The translations under genes were made by a program, and so were the position numbers. A model generated the notes under the pieces. It had not been told where the DNA came from. It searched no databases and worked only from the letters and a program-made list of their open reading frames with translations. This document shows positions 49,859 to 62,437 of a stretch of 64,000 bases of DNA, piece after piece. Position 1 is the first letter of the stretch. Every line of letters begins with the position of its first letter. The stretch is from Piromyces finnis finn (Eukaryota; Fungi; Neocallimastigomycota), in the NCBI GenBank assembly GCA_002104945.1, contig MCFH01000053.1:62001-126000 (forward strand). Direction: 5' to 3'.

Positions 49859-52800
49859 TCATGGAACAAAATTATGATCTCCATTGGTTGCGCTGGCCCT
49901 CCTGGCCTGTCTTACTGTTTCTTCAGCATTGACGCTCTTGGATGTTGCTTCAAACCTTTTGAACATTGTCCATTGCTGGCCAATAGCAAAAGGCATGATT
50001 TTGGTTAGAAGTTCCGCGGTTACCGTCAAGAATGGTGTTCCTTCGTTAGTACCAGATTGAATCTGACGCTTACAAAGTTCTTTCCATTCCCTTGAATTGT
50101 AATTAATATTGTTAAAACTTCTTCCCCCAAGAAGGAATTTAAATATTTTACTGCACACACTAGAATAATCATACACATTAATATTCACCGGATTATTAGA
50201 ACTATTACTATCATTAACTAAATTACTATCTAAATTAGAATTATTATCTTCACTATTGCTATCATTACTAATATTATTATTTCTATTATTGTTATTATTA
50301 CTATTGTTACTATTACTATTGTTACTATTACTATTGTTATTACTACTATTGTTACTATTACTATTAATGTTATTACTATCTCTACTGATATTATCAATTT
50401 CATTATTATTGATAGGACTATTGGAATTACGTTGACTGAAAAAATTTAATAGCTGGTCTATAGAATCATAATGTTTAATACGGATATCTCTAAATGTTGG
50501 ACAATCTAATAACCAATGTTTAATACTTTGATCTCCACACTTGCAACATGGACAGTAGTTAGGACAAACTGGATCAACAAATTTGGCAGCTTTGGCAACT
50601 CTAGCATCCAACTTATATCCGCTTCTTGCTTTCAATAGCCAGTAGAAGCCATAGGCAAACTCTGGGTACTCATAACATAATTTAATAAAATCTTTAGTTT
50701 CAATAAATTTATTATCATCATAATATTGCGCTTTGATTGAATTCCCTTTGAGATCTTTCCAATAAAAGTTTTTAACTGCTTTAACATCTCCATGTTTCTT
50801 TAATTTTTTATCAAGTGTCCTACTTGATTTGCACCACGTGTATTTTCTAAATTTAGGAATGTAATTGACAAGGTGTGAGATAATACAATTTGAGTTTTTC
50901 CATTTGTTAAAACATCTAACCTGAGCTAACGCACATTTGGCTGACAATGGAGGAATATTCAAATCTTTTGAAATAGAGTATAAAGATATAAACGATACAG
51001 CTTTATGAACTCCGGCAACCCATCGTATTCCTTTGTTAACATGCTTCTGAGCAATCCTAGACCTAGCTTTGTTGGATCCAAGTAATGGTGCAAAGTATGA
51101 AACTCTGCTAATCACTTGTGAGTTAAGTACTAGTTTTTTGAAAGGAATAGGAATATTAGGATTTCTTAAGAATTTACTGACTGAGAAAAGCCCTTTCAAA
51201 ACCTTGTTATTAAGAGCTTTAATTACTGGTTTAAGGGACAGATTCTTATCAAATGGAACACCAAGATAAGTATAACAATCAGTAGTTGGAATGGGTTGTC
51301 CTGCTAAGTAAAATGTTGGATCTCTCTTGTTCTGATTTTCTATTGATTCAGGACGAATCACCATCGTTGAACATTTCTGGATACCAAATTCCATTTCATT
51401 ATACAATGCCCATTCATTAACTCTTCTAAGCATCTTTTTTAAGCATCCTCTTGTTGGAGCACAAATAACTATATCATCTGCAAAAAGTCCACCACAGCAT
51501 CGAGTGTCACCTAAACTGACTCCTAGATCTTCGCACTCTCTAAATATATCATTAATAAAGAGATTAAAGAGAATAGGAGAAAGAGGGCAACCTTGACGGA
51601 CTCCTTTCTTCACATCAAAAGATTTCGAGAATTGTCCATCTAATTTGACATTAGCCTTAGATGTTAAATATAAATTTTTGATAAATTGTAGACTCTTACC
51701 TCGGATTCCTAAACAATCTAATTTATGGAGAATATTACCGATTGGGACTGAATCGTATGCTTTCCTGAGATCTAAAAAGGCCAAATATGTCTCTTTATTA
51801 TCTAATTGACGTCTACGGCATATTTCTTGGATTGAAATGAAAAGACTAATACTTTCTTCCTTTTTTCGAAAACCAAATTGTTCAGGTCTAATGAAATTAT
51901 TCTTTAAACCATATTCTGAGATTCTAGTGGTGACAATTTTGGAAATCAACTTAATACCATTATTGATAAGTGATATACCTCGATAGTTATCACAATCTGT
52001 CAAATCACCCTTCTTAGGAATAGAAACAATACTGGATTCATTCCATGAGTTGGGGAAATCTCCATCCCAAATACGGTAGAATAATTTAAGAATAAAATTT
52101 AAACCATGAGCATCATTATCTGAAGTGGTATTACCAGAAGAATTATTATCTGTAGCATTATTAGAATCATTACTTGATGGAACTAATGCTTTGTAAAATT
52201 CAATTGGAATACCATCCGGACCTGATGCTTTATAATTTGGAGTAGTGAGGATAGCTGACTTGACTTCATCAATACTAATATCTTGGTTGATATCCCACTC
52301 ATCAAGCATAGGAAGTGAAAAACGTTTATTCGTTGGTTCTTCATACCAATGCTCCAAATCAAGACTTACACCACTTGGGTCTGATGCAAGATTTTCGAAA
52401 TGATCATGCCACACATCTAGTTGTTCTTCTGTAGCAACAACTAATTCTCCATTTTTATTTTTAATTGGTTGAGCAATAAAGAAAGAATCTTTTCCTATTT
52501 TTGCAGTTTTCTTGATCCATTTCCAGGCCTTCTTAGGATTATGACTCTTCATATACTCACATCCTGTTTTAATCCAATGAAGATATTCTTGCTTCCTAAA
52601 TTCATTACATCTTTTGTGGATGTAATCAATGAGTTTACGGTAGATTTTAATTCTTTTAATAAATTCATCTATATCATAAATTCTTTCTTTTTTAAATCTC
52701 TTATACAACTTCATTTTGATTTTTTGAAGATTAAAAATTTGTTGTGAAATATGAAATGAAGACTTTATAACATTATTTGCTGAGGTAATACTGAGCTCGT

Positions 52801-54382
52801 CTGCAATTGAAAAAGCAGTTGAAGTAAACTCTTTGGAAAGTTCATCTGTAGAAACATTAGGATCGTTGAATTTTGCTGAAAGTATTTGGAATTTATTATG
52901 ACTGAGAATAGATTCCTTTTCCTCAATACATTTTAATCTATTCCATTTCAGAATTTTCTTAGGAACATTAAAGTCATTAGAAAAATCTTCCATAGGAATA
53001 ATTTTACCATTAATAAGAAGTGGCTTATGGTCTGATACAGGATAAAAATTATTTATAAATGATCCTGAGTGAATAAGATCTTTCATCTTCGAATTGATAA
53101 GAGCATGGTCAATGTCGGAAGATTGATCACCTCGAGTCCAAGAGATAGTCGACCCTCTAAGCGGAAGAATTTCCCAATCTCCTAATCCATTAGTTGATAA
53201 CCAGTTGGATAATTTTACTTTAGACATATTAAAATCACCAACAAGAATCGATGGATGGGATGAATGAGTTTGTAACCACAAGCGAACTTCTAACTTTGCA
53301 TGATCAACATAGATGTTGTGATGACTATGAGGCATATAAACATTTCCAATCGAGCATTTGAATCTATTCCAGAGACTAAAAGTATAAATAGAAATAATAT
53401 ACTTTCCAGAGAAGTTTTCAAGTGAGGCTTGACATGAATTGTGAAAACCTAAATATAAACCTCTCATTCCCGGAACTGATTCGTCAGCTTTCTTGAAAAA
53501 GTGTCTATAGTTTCGCAAAGTAACACGACAAGGATAATCTGTATTCGATCCAGAACCATTACCAGTTTCTTGGAAACATAAAAATAATGGTTTGAAAATA
53601 GCTGTGAAATAGCTAATACTATCTCTCTTTTCGTGATTCCACCCATTGGTGTTCCAACTAAGACAAAAAGAAAAGTTATCAGGCTTGTTGGATGAGGAAG
53701 AATCGTTGCTATTATTATTATTATTAAAGTCATCGTTATTAATGGATGATGCATCAGAGGAATAAGTAGAACTATTACTAGATGGCTGTGAAACTGAAGA
53801 ACTATCAACTATTGAACTGTTATCAGAGTTGATAGAGCTATTAGAATTAATTGTTGAATGTTGAGATTGAAATTGTGTTTGCTGTAGATCTGGAATATTT
53901 TCATGATTGGAAACTTGTTGAAGATCTTGTTGAAGATCTAGTTGAAGATCGGATTGTTGATGAGATTGTTGAACTGATTGTTGAAATGATTGTTGAATAG
54001 AATGTTGATGTTTATTAGAAACTAAAATTTTACGTTTGAGAGTGGAAAAAGTGTATTTGTGATTCCTTCTACTACGAGCTGAAAAGGAAATTGAGGTAAC
54101 TGAAAGTTTCTTCTTTAACATGTGTAAGATTTTAATACAATCTTTCGATGAACCATGAACCTTGACTAAGAAAAAGTGATCATTGAAAGTCTGAAAATAT
54201 TTAACACTAATAACTGAATTAAATTTATCTTCTAGAATAACCTCGAGTTTTTCCCATAGCATATTTACTGACCATGATCGAATACCACGGATAAAGAAGG
54301 AGCGAATATCATCTAAGGGGATACCATAAGACCGGGTACCACGTCTGATATAATTCTTGTCTTTAATATAAAGGACTGACAT
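49859..54382 (-). CDS. Single LINE polyprotein: RRM-like N-terminus, APE endonuclease, reverse transcriptase, CCHC zinc knuckle, Asn-rich tail
   Basis: 1507 aa. APE motifs SWNTNG, FQETG, GNVY, LVGDFN, SDIDH, SDHKP. RT motifs NYRGISL, QFGFR, FLDLRKAYDSV, GVRQGCPLSPILFN, LFADDI, YTYLG. CPCCKCGDQSIKHWLLDC. No RNase H seen. Clade not determined. Confidence 0.97.
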   Translation of the reverse strand: MSVLYIKDKNYIRRGTRSYGIPLDDIRSFFIRGIRSWSVNMLWEKLEVILEDKFNSVISVKYFQTFNDHFFLVKVHGSSKDCIKILHMLKKKLSVTSISFSARSRRNHKYTFSTLKRKILVSNKHQHSIQQSFQQSVQQSHQQSDLQLDLQQDLQQVSNHENIPDLQQTQFQSQHSTINSNSSINSDNSSIVDSSSVSQPSSNSSTYSSDASSINNDDFNNNNNSNDSSSSNKPDNFSFCLSWNTNGWNHEKRDSISYFTAIFKPLFLCFQETGNGSGSNTDYPCRVTLRNYRHFFKKADESVPGMRGLYLGFHNSCQASLENFSGKYIISIYTFSLWNRFKCSIGNVYMPHSHHNIYVDHAKLEVRLWLQTHSSHPSILVGDFNMSKVKLSNWLSTNGLGDWEILPLRGSTISWTRGDQSSDIDHALINSKMKDLIHSGSFINNFYPVSDHKPLLINGKIIPMEDFSNDFNVPKKILKWNRLKCIEEKESILSHNKFQILSAKFNDPNVSTDELSKEFTSTAFSIADELSITSANNVIKSSFHISQQIFNLQKIKMKLYKRFKKERIYDIDEFIKRIKIYRKLIDYIHKRCNEFRKQEYLHWIKTGCEYMKSHNPKKAWKWIKKTAKIGKDSFFIAQPIKNKNGELVVATEEQLDVWHDHFENLASDPSGVSLDLEHWYEEPTNKRFSLPMLDEWDINQDISIDEVKSAILTTPNYKASGPDGIPIEFYKALVPSSNDSNNATDNNSSGNTTSDNDAHGLNFILKLFYRIWDGDFPNSWNESSIVSIPKKGDLTDCDNYRGISLINNGIKLISKIVTTRISEYGLKNNFIRPEQFGFRKKEESISLFISIQEICRRRQLDNKETYLAFLDLRKAYDSVPIGNILHKLDCLGIRGKSLQFIKNLYLTSKANVKLDGQFSKSFDVKKGVRQGCPLSPILFNLFINDIFRECEDLGVSLGDTRCCGGLFADDIVICAPTRGCLKKMLRRVNEWALYNEMEFGIQKCSTMVIRPESIENQNKRDPTFYLAGQPIPTTDCYTYLGVPFDKNLSLKPVIKALNNKVLKGLFSVSKFLRNPNIPIPFKKLVLNSQVISRVSYFAPLLGSNKARSRIAQKHVNKGIRWVAGVHKAVSFISLYSISKDLNIPPLSAKCALAQVRCFNKWKNSNCIISHLVNYIPKFRKYTWCKSSRTLDKKLKKHGDVKAVKNFYWKDLKGNSIKAQYYDDNKFIETKDFIKLCYEYPEFAYGFYWLLKARSGYKLDARVAKAAKFVDPVCPNYCPCCKCGDQSIKHWLLDCPTFRDIRIKHYDSIDQLLNFFSQRNSNSPINNNEIDNISRDSNNINSNSNNSSNNNSNSNNSNSNNSNNNNNRNNNISNDSNSEDNNSNLDSNLVNDSNSSNNPVNINVYDYSSVCSKIFKFLLGGRSFNNINYNSREWKELCKRQIQSGTNEGTPFLTVTAELLTKIMPFAIGQQWTMFKRFEATSKSVNAEETVRQARRASATNGDHNFVP

Positions 54383-55026
54383 GATAATAAATTCTAATTA
54401 AAAATATTGAATATAAAATAAATACTAATAAAAATTATAAATATAACGTATATGGAAAAAAAATCTGTCTCTCTCTCTCTTCTTAAAAGTACTGGATAGT
54501 ACAAAAATTGTTACGATGCTTTGTTTAAAGTTTCTTTTTTTTGAATTCTAGTTGTAAATTTTCTTTAAAAATTCTAGTTTTGGTTTGTTGTTAGTAAATT
54601 CGAATCGCTTTTTGACACTAAACTTGTTTGACTTTACTTTTCATTAAATATTTAAATTGGTAAAAAATTTGAATCAAGAATGTCGACACCAGAAAGCTTG
54701 TGGATAGTATTTTTACATGATGTAGAGTGAATCAGTCTCTTACAAGAAACAATACAACAATAGCTACATGAATATAAAAATACAATGCAAATGCTAAAGT
54801 TGACTACATTGGATTCTTACAAGAGAAGAGTAGTACTACATGAATACATGAATAAAAGAAAAAATACAGCAACAAAATGTATTACTCTTCTAATTAAATA
54901 CTATACAAACTTACCTGAATATCAAACATTCAACTTATTCATCAAATACTTAATTCGATGAATAAAATGTTTTTTAATCGCTCAGTACCATGAGCTTAAT
55001 CCTAATAATTTTCCCTTAAAGACTAA

Positions 55027-55271
55027 CCAAGCATCCATTGCGCAATGCTTGGATTTAATTCTTTCTACTCTCTCAGTACCATGAGCATGAGTAGACCCCC
55101 TTGATAAACTCCATTATTAAATAAATGAAGGCACGTTCCTAAGAGGGCACCAAGCATCCATTGCGCAATACTTGGATTTAATTCTTTCTACTCTCTCAGT
55201 ACCATGAGCATGAGTAGACCCCCTTGAGAAACTACATTTATTAAATAAATGAAGGCACGTTCCCAAGAGGG
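55027..55271 (-). repeat. Two ~123-bp hairpin-rich tandem units at the 5' end of LINE copy E
   Basis: Same units as in copy C (starts 55027 and 55150), ending at the identical base (...GTTCCCAAGAGGG). Confidence 0.9.
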
Positions 55272-55949
55272 ATGGATTGAAATGAAAAGACTGATACTTT
55301 CTTCCTTTTTTCGAAAACCAAATTGTTCAGGTCTAATGAAATTATTCTTAAGACCATATTCTGAGATTCTAGTTGTCACCTAAACTGACTCCTAGATCTT
55401 CGCACTCTTTTAAATATATCATTAATAAAGAGAATAGAAGAAAGTGGGCAACCTTGACGGATGATTTTGGTTAGAAGTTCACCATGAAAAAACGAAAAAG
55501 ATAGTATAAAAAACAATATATATTTCAATAAAAATTGAAATAAAAGTATTGCAAACATTCTTGCCAACCTTTTTGTACTAAGCAATATATTAATTTTATC
55601 AAAAATAATATACAAATTTAACATCCACTTTCTTCGAAACAAAGATATATAAATTCAAATTAAGTTATGAAATTAATATACTTCCAATAAAATAAAATTA
55701 CTATAATTATTCCAAATTATGAAATTTAACTAATATTTTTAAATAATTTAAAAAATAAAACAATTAAACACAATAATTGTACAAAATTTATAACTTTACA
55801 TATATATATTTTTTTAACTTTTTTTATTTTTTTATTTTATCTGAGAAAGTCAATAACTCTAATTCGCGTTTAAATTTATATAATAAAGTATAAATTAATA
55901 ATTATAATTATTTTCAAAAAGTAATAATTACATATATAATTCTTACAAT

Positions 55950-56420
<471 letters not shown>

Positions 56421-57041
56421 TTAATTAAATATATAATTCTCATTTAATATACATCACATTTATTCATTCATCATTAAAACATTAAATAAATAATCATTAA
56501 TATATACCTATTCGTTTGTTTAAGAGAGAGATTAAATTATTTGCAATTATTCATTCACTTTTACTAACAGAATTTATGTGGCAAAGTTAATATTTACATA
56601 TGATTGGGTGAAATAAATATACATTTTGTATTAAATTGTAATGTAAATGAAATTATTTCTATTCAATGATGATTTGCATTATATTTTTTTTGGAAAAATA
56701 CTATTGTTTTTTATATATGATGAATAAATATAAAATTAAAATAGTTATAATTTTTGTGACATATCTTTTAATATCACATAATAAAAACTTAAAAATTTTA
56801 ATATGTTTATAATGCTTATATGATAATAAAATAATAAAAATACTATAGTTTTTGTGTAACAATTATTGGATTTATTGAATTGATAAAGCATTAATAAAAA
56901 GTTTATAAATAGGAATTTTATTATTATTAATAAGCCAATTAAACTTTTTTAAATTTAATTATAAAAATTTATTTAAATAAATACTTATGTGTTTAATCAA
57001 CTCTTTAAAGAATTAAAAATTTAAATTTATAAATTTATAAA

Positions 57042-58416
57042 ATGCTTTCCACACAATCTTTATTAAAGAATACTATAGTCAGAGGTATTTCTACCTCTGG
57101 TATGACTTTATCATCATTAAAGTTAGCTACAAATTACAGTACTATTTCTAAAGCTATGGTTTGTGAAAAGCATGGTCAACCAAAAGATGTTTTAAGGTAC
57201 ATAAAACAATTAATTAAATAGGTTGCTTTTTTTTCTTTGTTATTAAATAATTTATAGAGTTAAAGGAACTTCATATTTATCTATTCATAACAAAATGATA
57301 TCTAATAATATCCACTATACTATAATATAAAATATATAATAATATTATCATTTTTTTACTATTTAAATGATATAAAATTATCTCTATTTTTAAATAGATT
57401 AAAGGAACTTACTATTCCAAAAATTAAAGATGATGAAGTTTTAGTTAAATTTTTAGCTGCACCAATTAATCCTTCCGATATTAATCAAATCGAAGGTAAC
57501 ATAATCAATTTCATAATCAGCATAGAAATATTATTTATTAAAACATATATATTGATTTCAAAAATATATATATTAAAATAAAAGTTAAGTCATCCATCAA
57601 ATAAAGAATTTAATAATTAATTATTATAATTATATTATAATAAAGGTGTTTATCCAATTAAGCCAAGATTTAAAAAGTATGGTGCTGTTGGTGGAAACGA
57701 AGGTGTTGCTGAAGTCGTTGCTGCTGGTAACAAAGTTAAAAATTTAACTGTTGGTGATTGGGTTATTCCAGATACTAAAGCTTTTGGTAATTAAAATAAT
57801 TAAAATGACATTTAAAAATTACTTTTAACTATTATTATTTATTTTTCAATATCTAATAATAATTAAAAAATGAACAAAAAAAAAAAAAACTTTCTAAATA
57901 TTGTATTATACTTCATTAAATATATATAAAGGTACTTGGCAAACTTTTGCTGCTAGTCCAGAAAATGAATTACAAAAAATCAGTAAAAATATTTCAAAAA
58001 TTAGTGCTAGTACTATTTCTGTAAATAAATACTATTTCAAAATATAGAATAAAATTATTATTTTTTCTTCTTAATTTAATATAATTAACAATAATAAAAA
58101 TATGTCAAACTTTTATTAATAAGATTCTAAAATATATTGTATAGGTTAATCCACCAACTGCTTACAGAATGTTAAAAGACTTCGTTAACTTAAAGAAAGG
58201 TATATATATATTGATATTTTAGTTCTGGCTTAATGAAAATATATTAATGATTAACTATTAAAATTAATAATTTAAAAATTATAGGTGATGTTATTATTCA
58301 AAATGGTGCTAATAGTGCTGTTGGTCAAGCTGTTATTCAAATTGCTAAAGCATGGGGAATTAAGACTATTAATGTTGTTCGTGACAGGTACGATGCATTA
58401 TAAACTATTTTAACTA

Positions 58417-58454
<38 letters not shown>

Positions 58455-59498
58455 TATAATAAACTTAATTCTTATTTCTATATATATATATATATAATTT
58501 TAATTTTAATATAATACATAATACATATATAATACATATATATAAAAAGACCAAACTTTGATGAACTTGCTGATCAATTACATAAGCTTGGTGCCACTTT
58601 AGTCATTAAAGAAGAAGACTTACGTGCTAACAGTACTCGTGAACTTGTTAAGAATTTAGGAAGTCCAGTTCGTTTAGGTTTAAACTGTGTTGGTGGTAAA
58701 TCAGCCAATGGAATTACACGTTTACTTGGGTAGATCTCTATGTCAATTTAATAATTATTAAACAATGATATAATATAATATAATATAATATAATATAATA
58801 TAATATAATATAATATAATATAATATAATATAATATAATATAATATAATATAATATAATATAAAAATATAATATAATATAATATAATATAATATAATATA
58901 ATATAATATAATATAATATAATATAATATAATATAATATAATATAATATAATAATAAATATAATATAATATAATATAATATAATATAATATAATATAATA
59001 TAATATAATATAATATAATATTAATATAATATAATATAATATAATATAATATAATATAATATAATATAATTATTTAAAAGAATAATTGAAATATCATATT
59101 AAATTTCAAGACAATTAATTTTTTTTTTTTTGATAATTTGCTTTTTCTTTAATTTTGTTTTAATGATTAATAGACATAATGCTTCTCTTGTTACTTACGG
59201 TGGTATGTCCAAGCAACCACTTACTTTTGGTACTGGACCATTTATTTTTAAAAACTTAAAAGCCTGTGGTTTCTGGGTCTCTCGCTGGAATAAGGAAGCT
59301 TCAAAGAAGGATAAGCAATATATGTTTGATGATCTTTGTGAACTTATTCGTGGAGGTTATTTAGCTGAACCATGGCATGATGAAACTAAGTGGGAACTTA
59401 GTGATGATAACAAAACTTTAAACAGAAAATTCATGAAAGCACTTAGCAAAGCAGGAGCTAGCTTCGGTAACAAGAAACAAATCTTAACTTTCGAATAA
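57042..59498 (+). CDS. MECR: Trans-2-enoyl-thioester reductase (MECR/ETR1), copy 1, with organellar (hydrogenosomal) leader; multi-exon
   Basis: [15 protein letters not shown]... leader. [15 protein letters not shown]|[68 protein letters not shown]. Confidence 0.95.
58765..59070. repeat. (AATAT)n microsatellite in an MECR copy 1 intron
   Basis: About 300 bp of AATAT units; the equivalent intron in copy 2 has only about 8 units. Confidence 0.95.
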
Positions 59499-60110
59499 AT
59501 TATATATTTAAATAAAAATTTAAACGAAAAATTAAAAATTATTTATAAATATATATGTAAATAATTTATAAAAGTTACTAATGAAAATTTAAAAAGTAAA
59601 TAATTATATAAGATAATAATAAAAATAAAATAAAAATTGTATTATTTAACTAATAATAATAAGAATAAAAATAAAAATAAGAAAATAAAAAAAAATTATA
59701 GTAAATTGATTATAAAAATTCATTAAAATAAATAAAATAATAAAACAATATACGATTATGAATATTTGTAATAACTCTTTGAAGAATATTTAGATTTTCC
59801 TTAAATCTTGATATTTATTAATTACCATTTTTAATGTTATGCTAAAATTAATATTAATAACCAATATTAATAATAATTTTAAATAATTGTTTACAGTTAA
59901 TATCTTATTAATAAAAATGAATTTGAGAATTTTATAATTTTTTATTTTTTAATATAATATCAAATGGAAAAAATCGGAATTAAATTTTCTATATTTAACT
60001 CAATTATATATATATAATATATTAATAAAATTAGTTATTTAATCATACTTTGATAAATTTCATTTTATTCTCTTTAAAGAATTAAAAATTTAAATTTATA
60101 AATTTATAAA

Positions 60111-60689
60111 ATGCTTTCCACACAATCTTTATTAAAGAATACTATAGTCAGAGGTATTCCTACCTCTGGTATGACTTTATCATCATTAAAGTTAGCTACA
60201 AATTACAGTACTATTTCTAAAGCTATGGTTTGTGAAAAGCATGGTAAACCAAAAGATGTTTTAAGGTACATAAAACAATAAATTAAACATGCCGTTTTTT
60301 TTTTTTTTTTACTTTGTATTATTATTTTTTGTTTTGATATTTAATATATCGAACTTCATATTTACCTATTCATAATAAAATAATATCTAATAATATCTAC
60401 TATACTATAATATAAAATATATAATAATATTATCATTTTTTATTATTTAAATAATATATAATTATCTCTATTTTTAAATAGATTAAAGGAACTTACTATT
60501 CCAAAAATTAAAGATGATGAAGTTTTAGTTAAATTTTTAGCTGCACCAATTAATCCTTCCGATATTAATCAAATCGAAGGTAATATAATCAATTTCATAA
60601 TCAGTAGAGAAACATATTTATTTAAAAAAAGAAGAATAAAAACAGTTATTTATATATTGTTGTTGTATTGTTATTGTTTGTTTGTTTAC

Positions 60690-60752
<63 letters not shown>

Positions 60753-61615
60753 TTTTTTTTTTTTTTTTGATAAAATTAATAAAGTGAAGTTGTCCATCAA
60801 ATAAAGAATTTAATAATTAATTATTATAATTATATTATAATAAAGGTGTTTATCCAATTAAGCCAAGATTTAAAAAGTATGGTGCTGTTGGTGGAAACGA
60901 AGGTGTTGCTGAAGTCGTTGCTGCTGGTAACAAAGTTAAAAATTTAACTGTTGGTGATTGGGTTATTCCAGATACTAAAGCTTTTGGTAATTAAAATAAT
61001 TAAAATGACATTTAAAAATTACTTTTAACTATTATTATTTATTTTTCAATATCTAATAATAATTAAAAAATGAACAAAAAAAAAAAAACTTTCTAAATAT
61101 TGTATTATACTTCATTAAATATATATAAAGGTACTTGGCAAACTTTTGCTGCTAGTCCAGAAAATGAATTACAAAAAATCAGTAAAAATATTTCAAAAAT
61201 TAGTGCTAGTACTATTTCTGTAAATAAATACTATTTCAAAATATAGAATAAAATTATTATTTTTTCTTCTTAATTTAATATAATTAACAATAATAAAAAT
61301 ATGTCAAACTTTTATTAATAAGATTCTAAAATATATTGTATAGGTTAATCCACCAACTGCTTACAGAATGTTAAAAGACTTCGTTAACTTAAAGAAAGGT
61401 ATATATATATTGATATTTTAGTTCTGGCTTAATGAAAATATATTAATGATTAACTATTAAAATTAATAATTTAAAAATTATAGGTGATGTTATTATTCAA
61501 AATGGTGCTAATAGTGCTGTTGGTCAAGCTGTTATTCAAATTGCTAAAGCATGGGGAATTAAGACTATTAATGTTGTTCGTGACAGGTACGATGCATTAT
61601 AAACTATTTTAACTA

Positions 61616-61651
<36 letters not shown>

Positions 61652-61668
61652 TATAATAAACTTAATTC

Positions 61669-61699
<31 letters not shown>

Positions 61700-62437
61700 A
61701 TTTTAATTTTAATATAATACATAATACATATATAATACATATATATAAAAAGACCAAACTTTGATGAACTTGCTGATCAATTACATAAGCTTGGTGCCAC
61801 TTTAGTCATTAAAGAAGAAGACTTACGTGCTAACAGTACTCGTGAACTTGTTAAGAATTTAGGAAGTCCAGTTCGTTTAGGTTTAAACTGTGTTGGTGGT
61901 AAATCAGCCAATGGAATTACACGTTTACTTGGGTAGATCTCTATGTCAATTTAATAATTATTAAACAATGATATAATATAATATAATATAATATAATATA
62001 ATATAATTATTTAAAAGAATAATTGAAATATCATATTAAATTTCAAGACAATTAATTTTTTTTTTTTTTTGATAATTTGCTTTTTCTTTAATTTTGTTTT
62101 AATGATTAATAGACATAATGCTTCTCTTGTTACTTACGGTGGTATGTCCAAGCAACCACTTACTTTTGGTACTGGACCATTTATTTTTAAAAACTTAAAA
62201 GCCTGTGGTTTCTGGAACTCTCGCTGGAATAAGGAAGCTTCAAAGAAGGATAAGCAATATATGTTTGATGATCTTTGTGAACTTATTCGTGGAGGTTATT
62301 TAGCTGAACCATGGCATGATGAAACTAAGTGGGAACTTAGTGATGATAACAAAACTTTAAACAGAAAATTCATGAAAGCACTTAGCAAAGCAGGAGCTAG
62401 CTTCGGTAACAAGAAACAAATCTTAACTTTCGAATAA
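60111..62437 (+). CDS. MECR: Trans-2-enoyl-thioester reductase (MECR/ETR1), tandem copy 2
   Basis: Same exon-intron structure as copy 1. Coding differences seen: leader S>P, HGQP>HGKP, GFWVS>GFWNS. Confidence 0.93.

Larger units (their letters stand above)
49592..55272 (-). mobile_element. LINE copy E, full length and intact (innermost), inserted in D
   Basis: TSD TGGATTGAAATGAA (49578-49591 and 55273-55286), poly(A) of about 29 nt plus, ~240-nt 3' UTR, ~890-nt 5' UTR, single intact ORF. Confidence 0.95.
47348..55373 (-). mobile_element. LINE copy D (5'-truncated; 47348-49591 plus 55287-55373), inserted in B, split by E
   Basis: TSD TGTCACCTAAACT (47335-47347 and 55374-55386). Open 631-aa C-terminal RT/CCHC frame. 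Confidence 0.9.
40056..55460 (-). mobile_element. LINE copy B (5'-truncated; pieces 40056-41460, 47284-47347, 55387-55460), with in-frame 534-bp internal deletion
   Basis: Flanked by the 15-bp TSD in copy A. Private variant AGGATCC (others AGCATCC) appears on both sides of copy C. Deletion at microhomology AAACT (about 41104-41108) keeps the ORF open (VISRV-CPNY). Confidence 0.88.
39660..55480 (-). mobile_element. LINE copy A (outermost; about 0.4 kb, 39660-40055 plus 55476-55480), host of the nested series
   Basis: Poly(A), GATGCCGTT 3' end and C-terminal coding remnant; most diverged copy. Split by copy B with TSD ATGATTTTGGTTAGA (40041-40055 and 55461-55475). No TSD found for A itself. 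Confidence 0.85.

Noticed and set aside
42949-53808. Short antisense or alternative-frame ORFs repeated in the LINE copies (66, 92 and 114 aa)
   Set aside because: Shadows of the RT ORF; they recur only because the element is repeated.
55027-55271. CRISPR array, or canonical HDV/hammerhead ribozyme, in the ~124-bp repeats
   Set aside because: No unique spacers and no cas genes. A P1-like G-U helix exists, but I could not place P1.1/P3 or the catalytic C of HDV, and CTGAGAG does not match the CUGANGA hammerhead core.
39660-55480. HeT-A/TART-like head-to-tail telomeric array, or self-targeting at the element's own poly(A) TTTT/AA
   Set aside because: The short 'scrambled' pieces at 47272-47347 and 55273-55480 are the displaced continuations of the host copies with exact TSDs, so the structure is nested insertion. 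Normal genes follow on the right.
55481-55949. tRNA or snRNA gene as the LINE-targeting landmark
   Set aside because: No cloverleaf, A/B-box pair or recognisable snRNA by eye; only a partial TTCGAAAC and short AT-rich hairpins.
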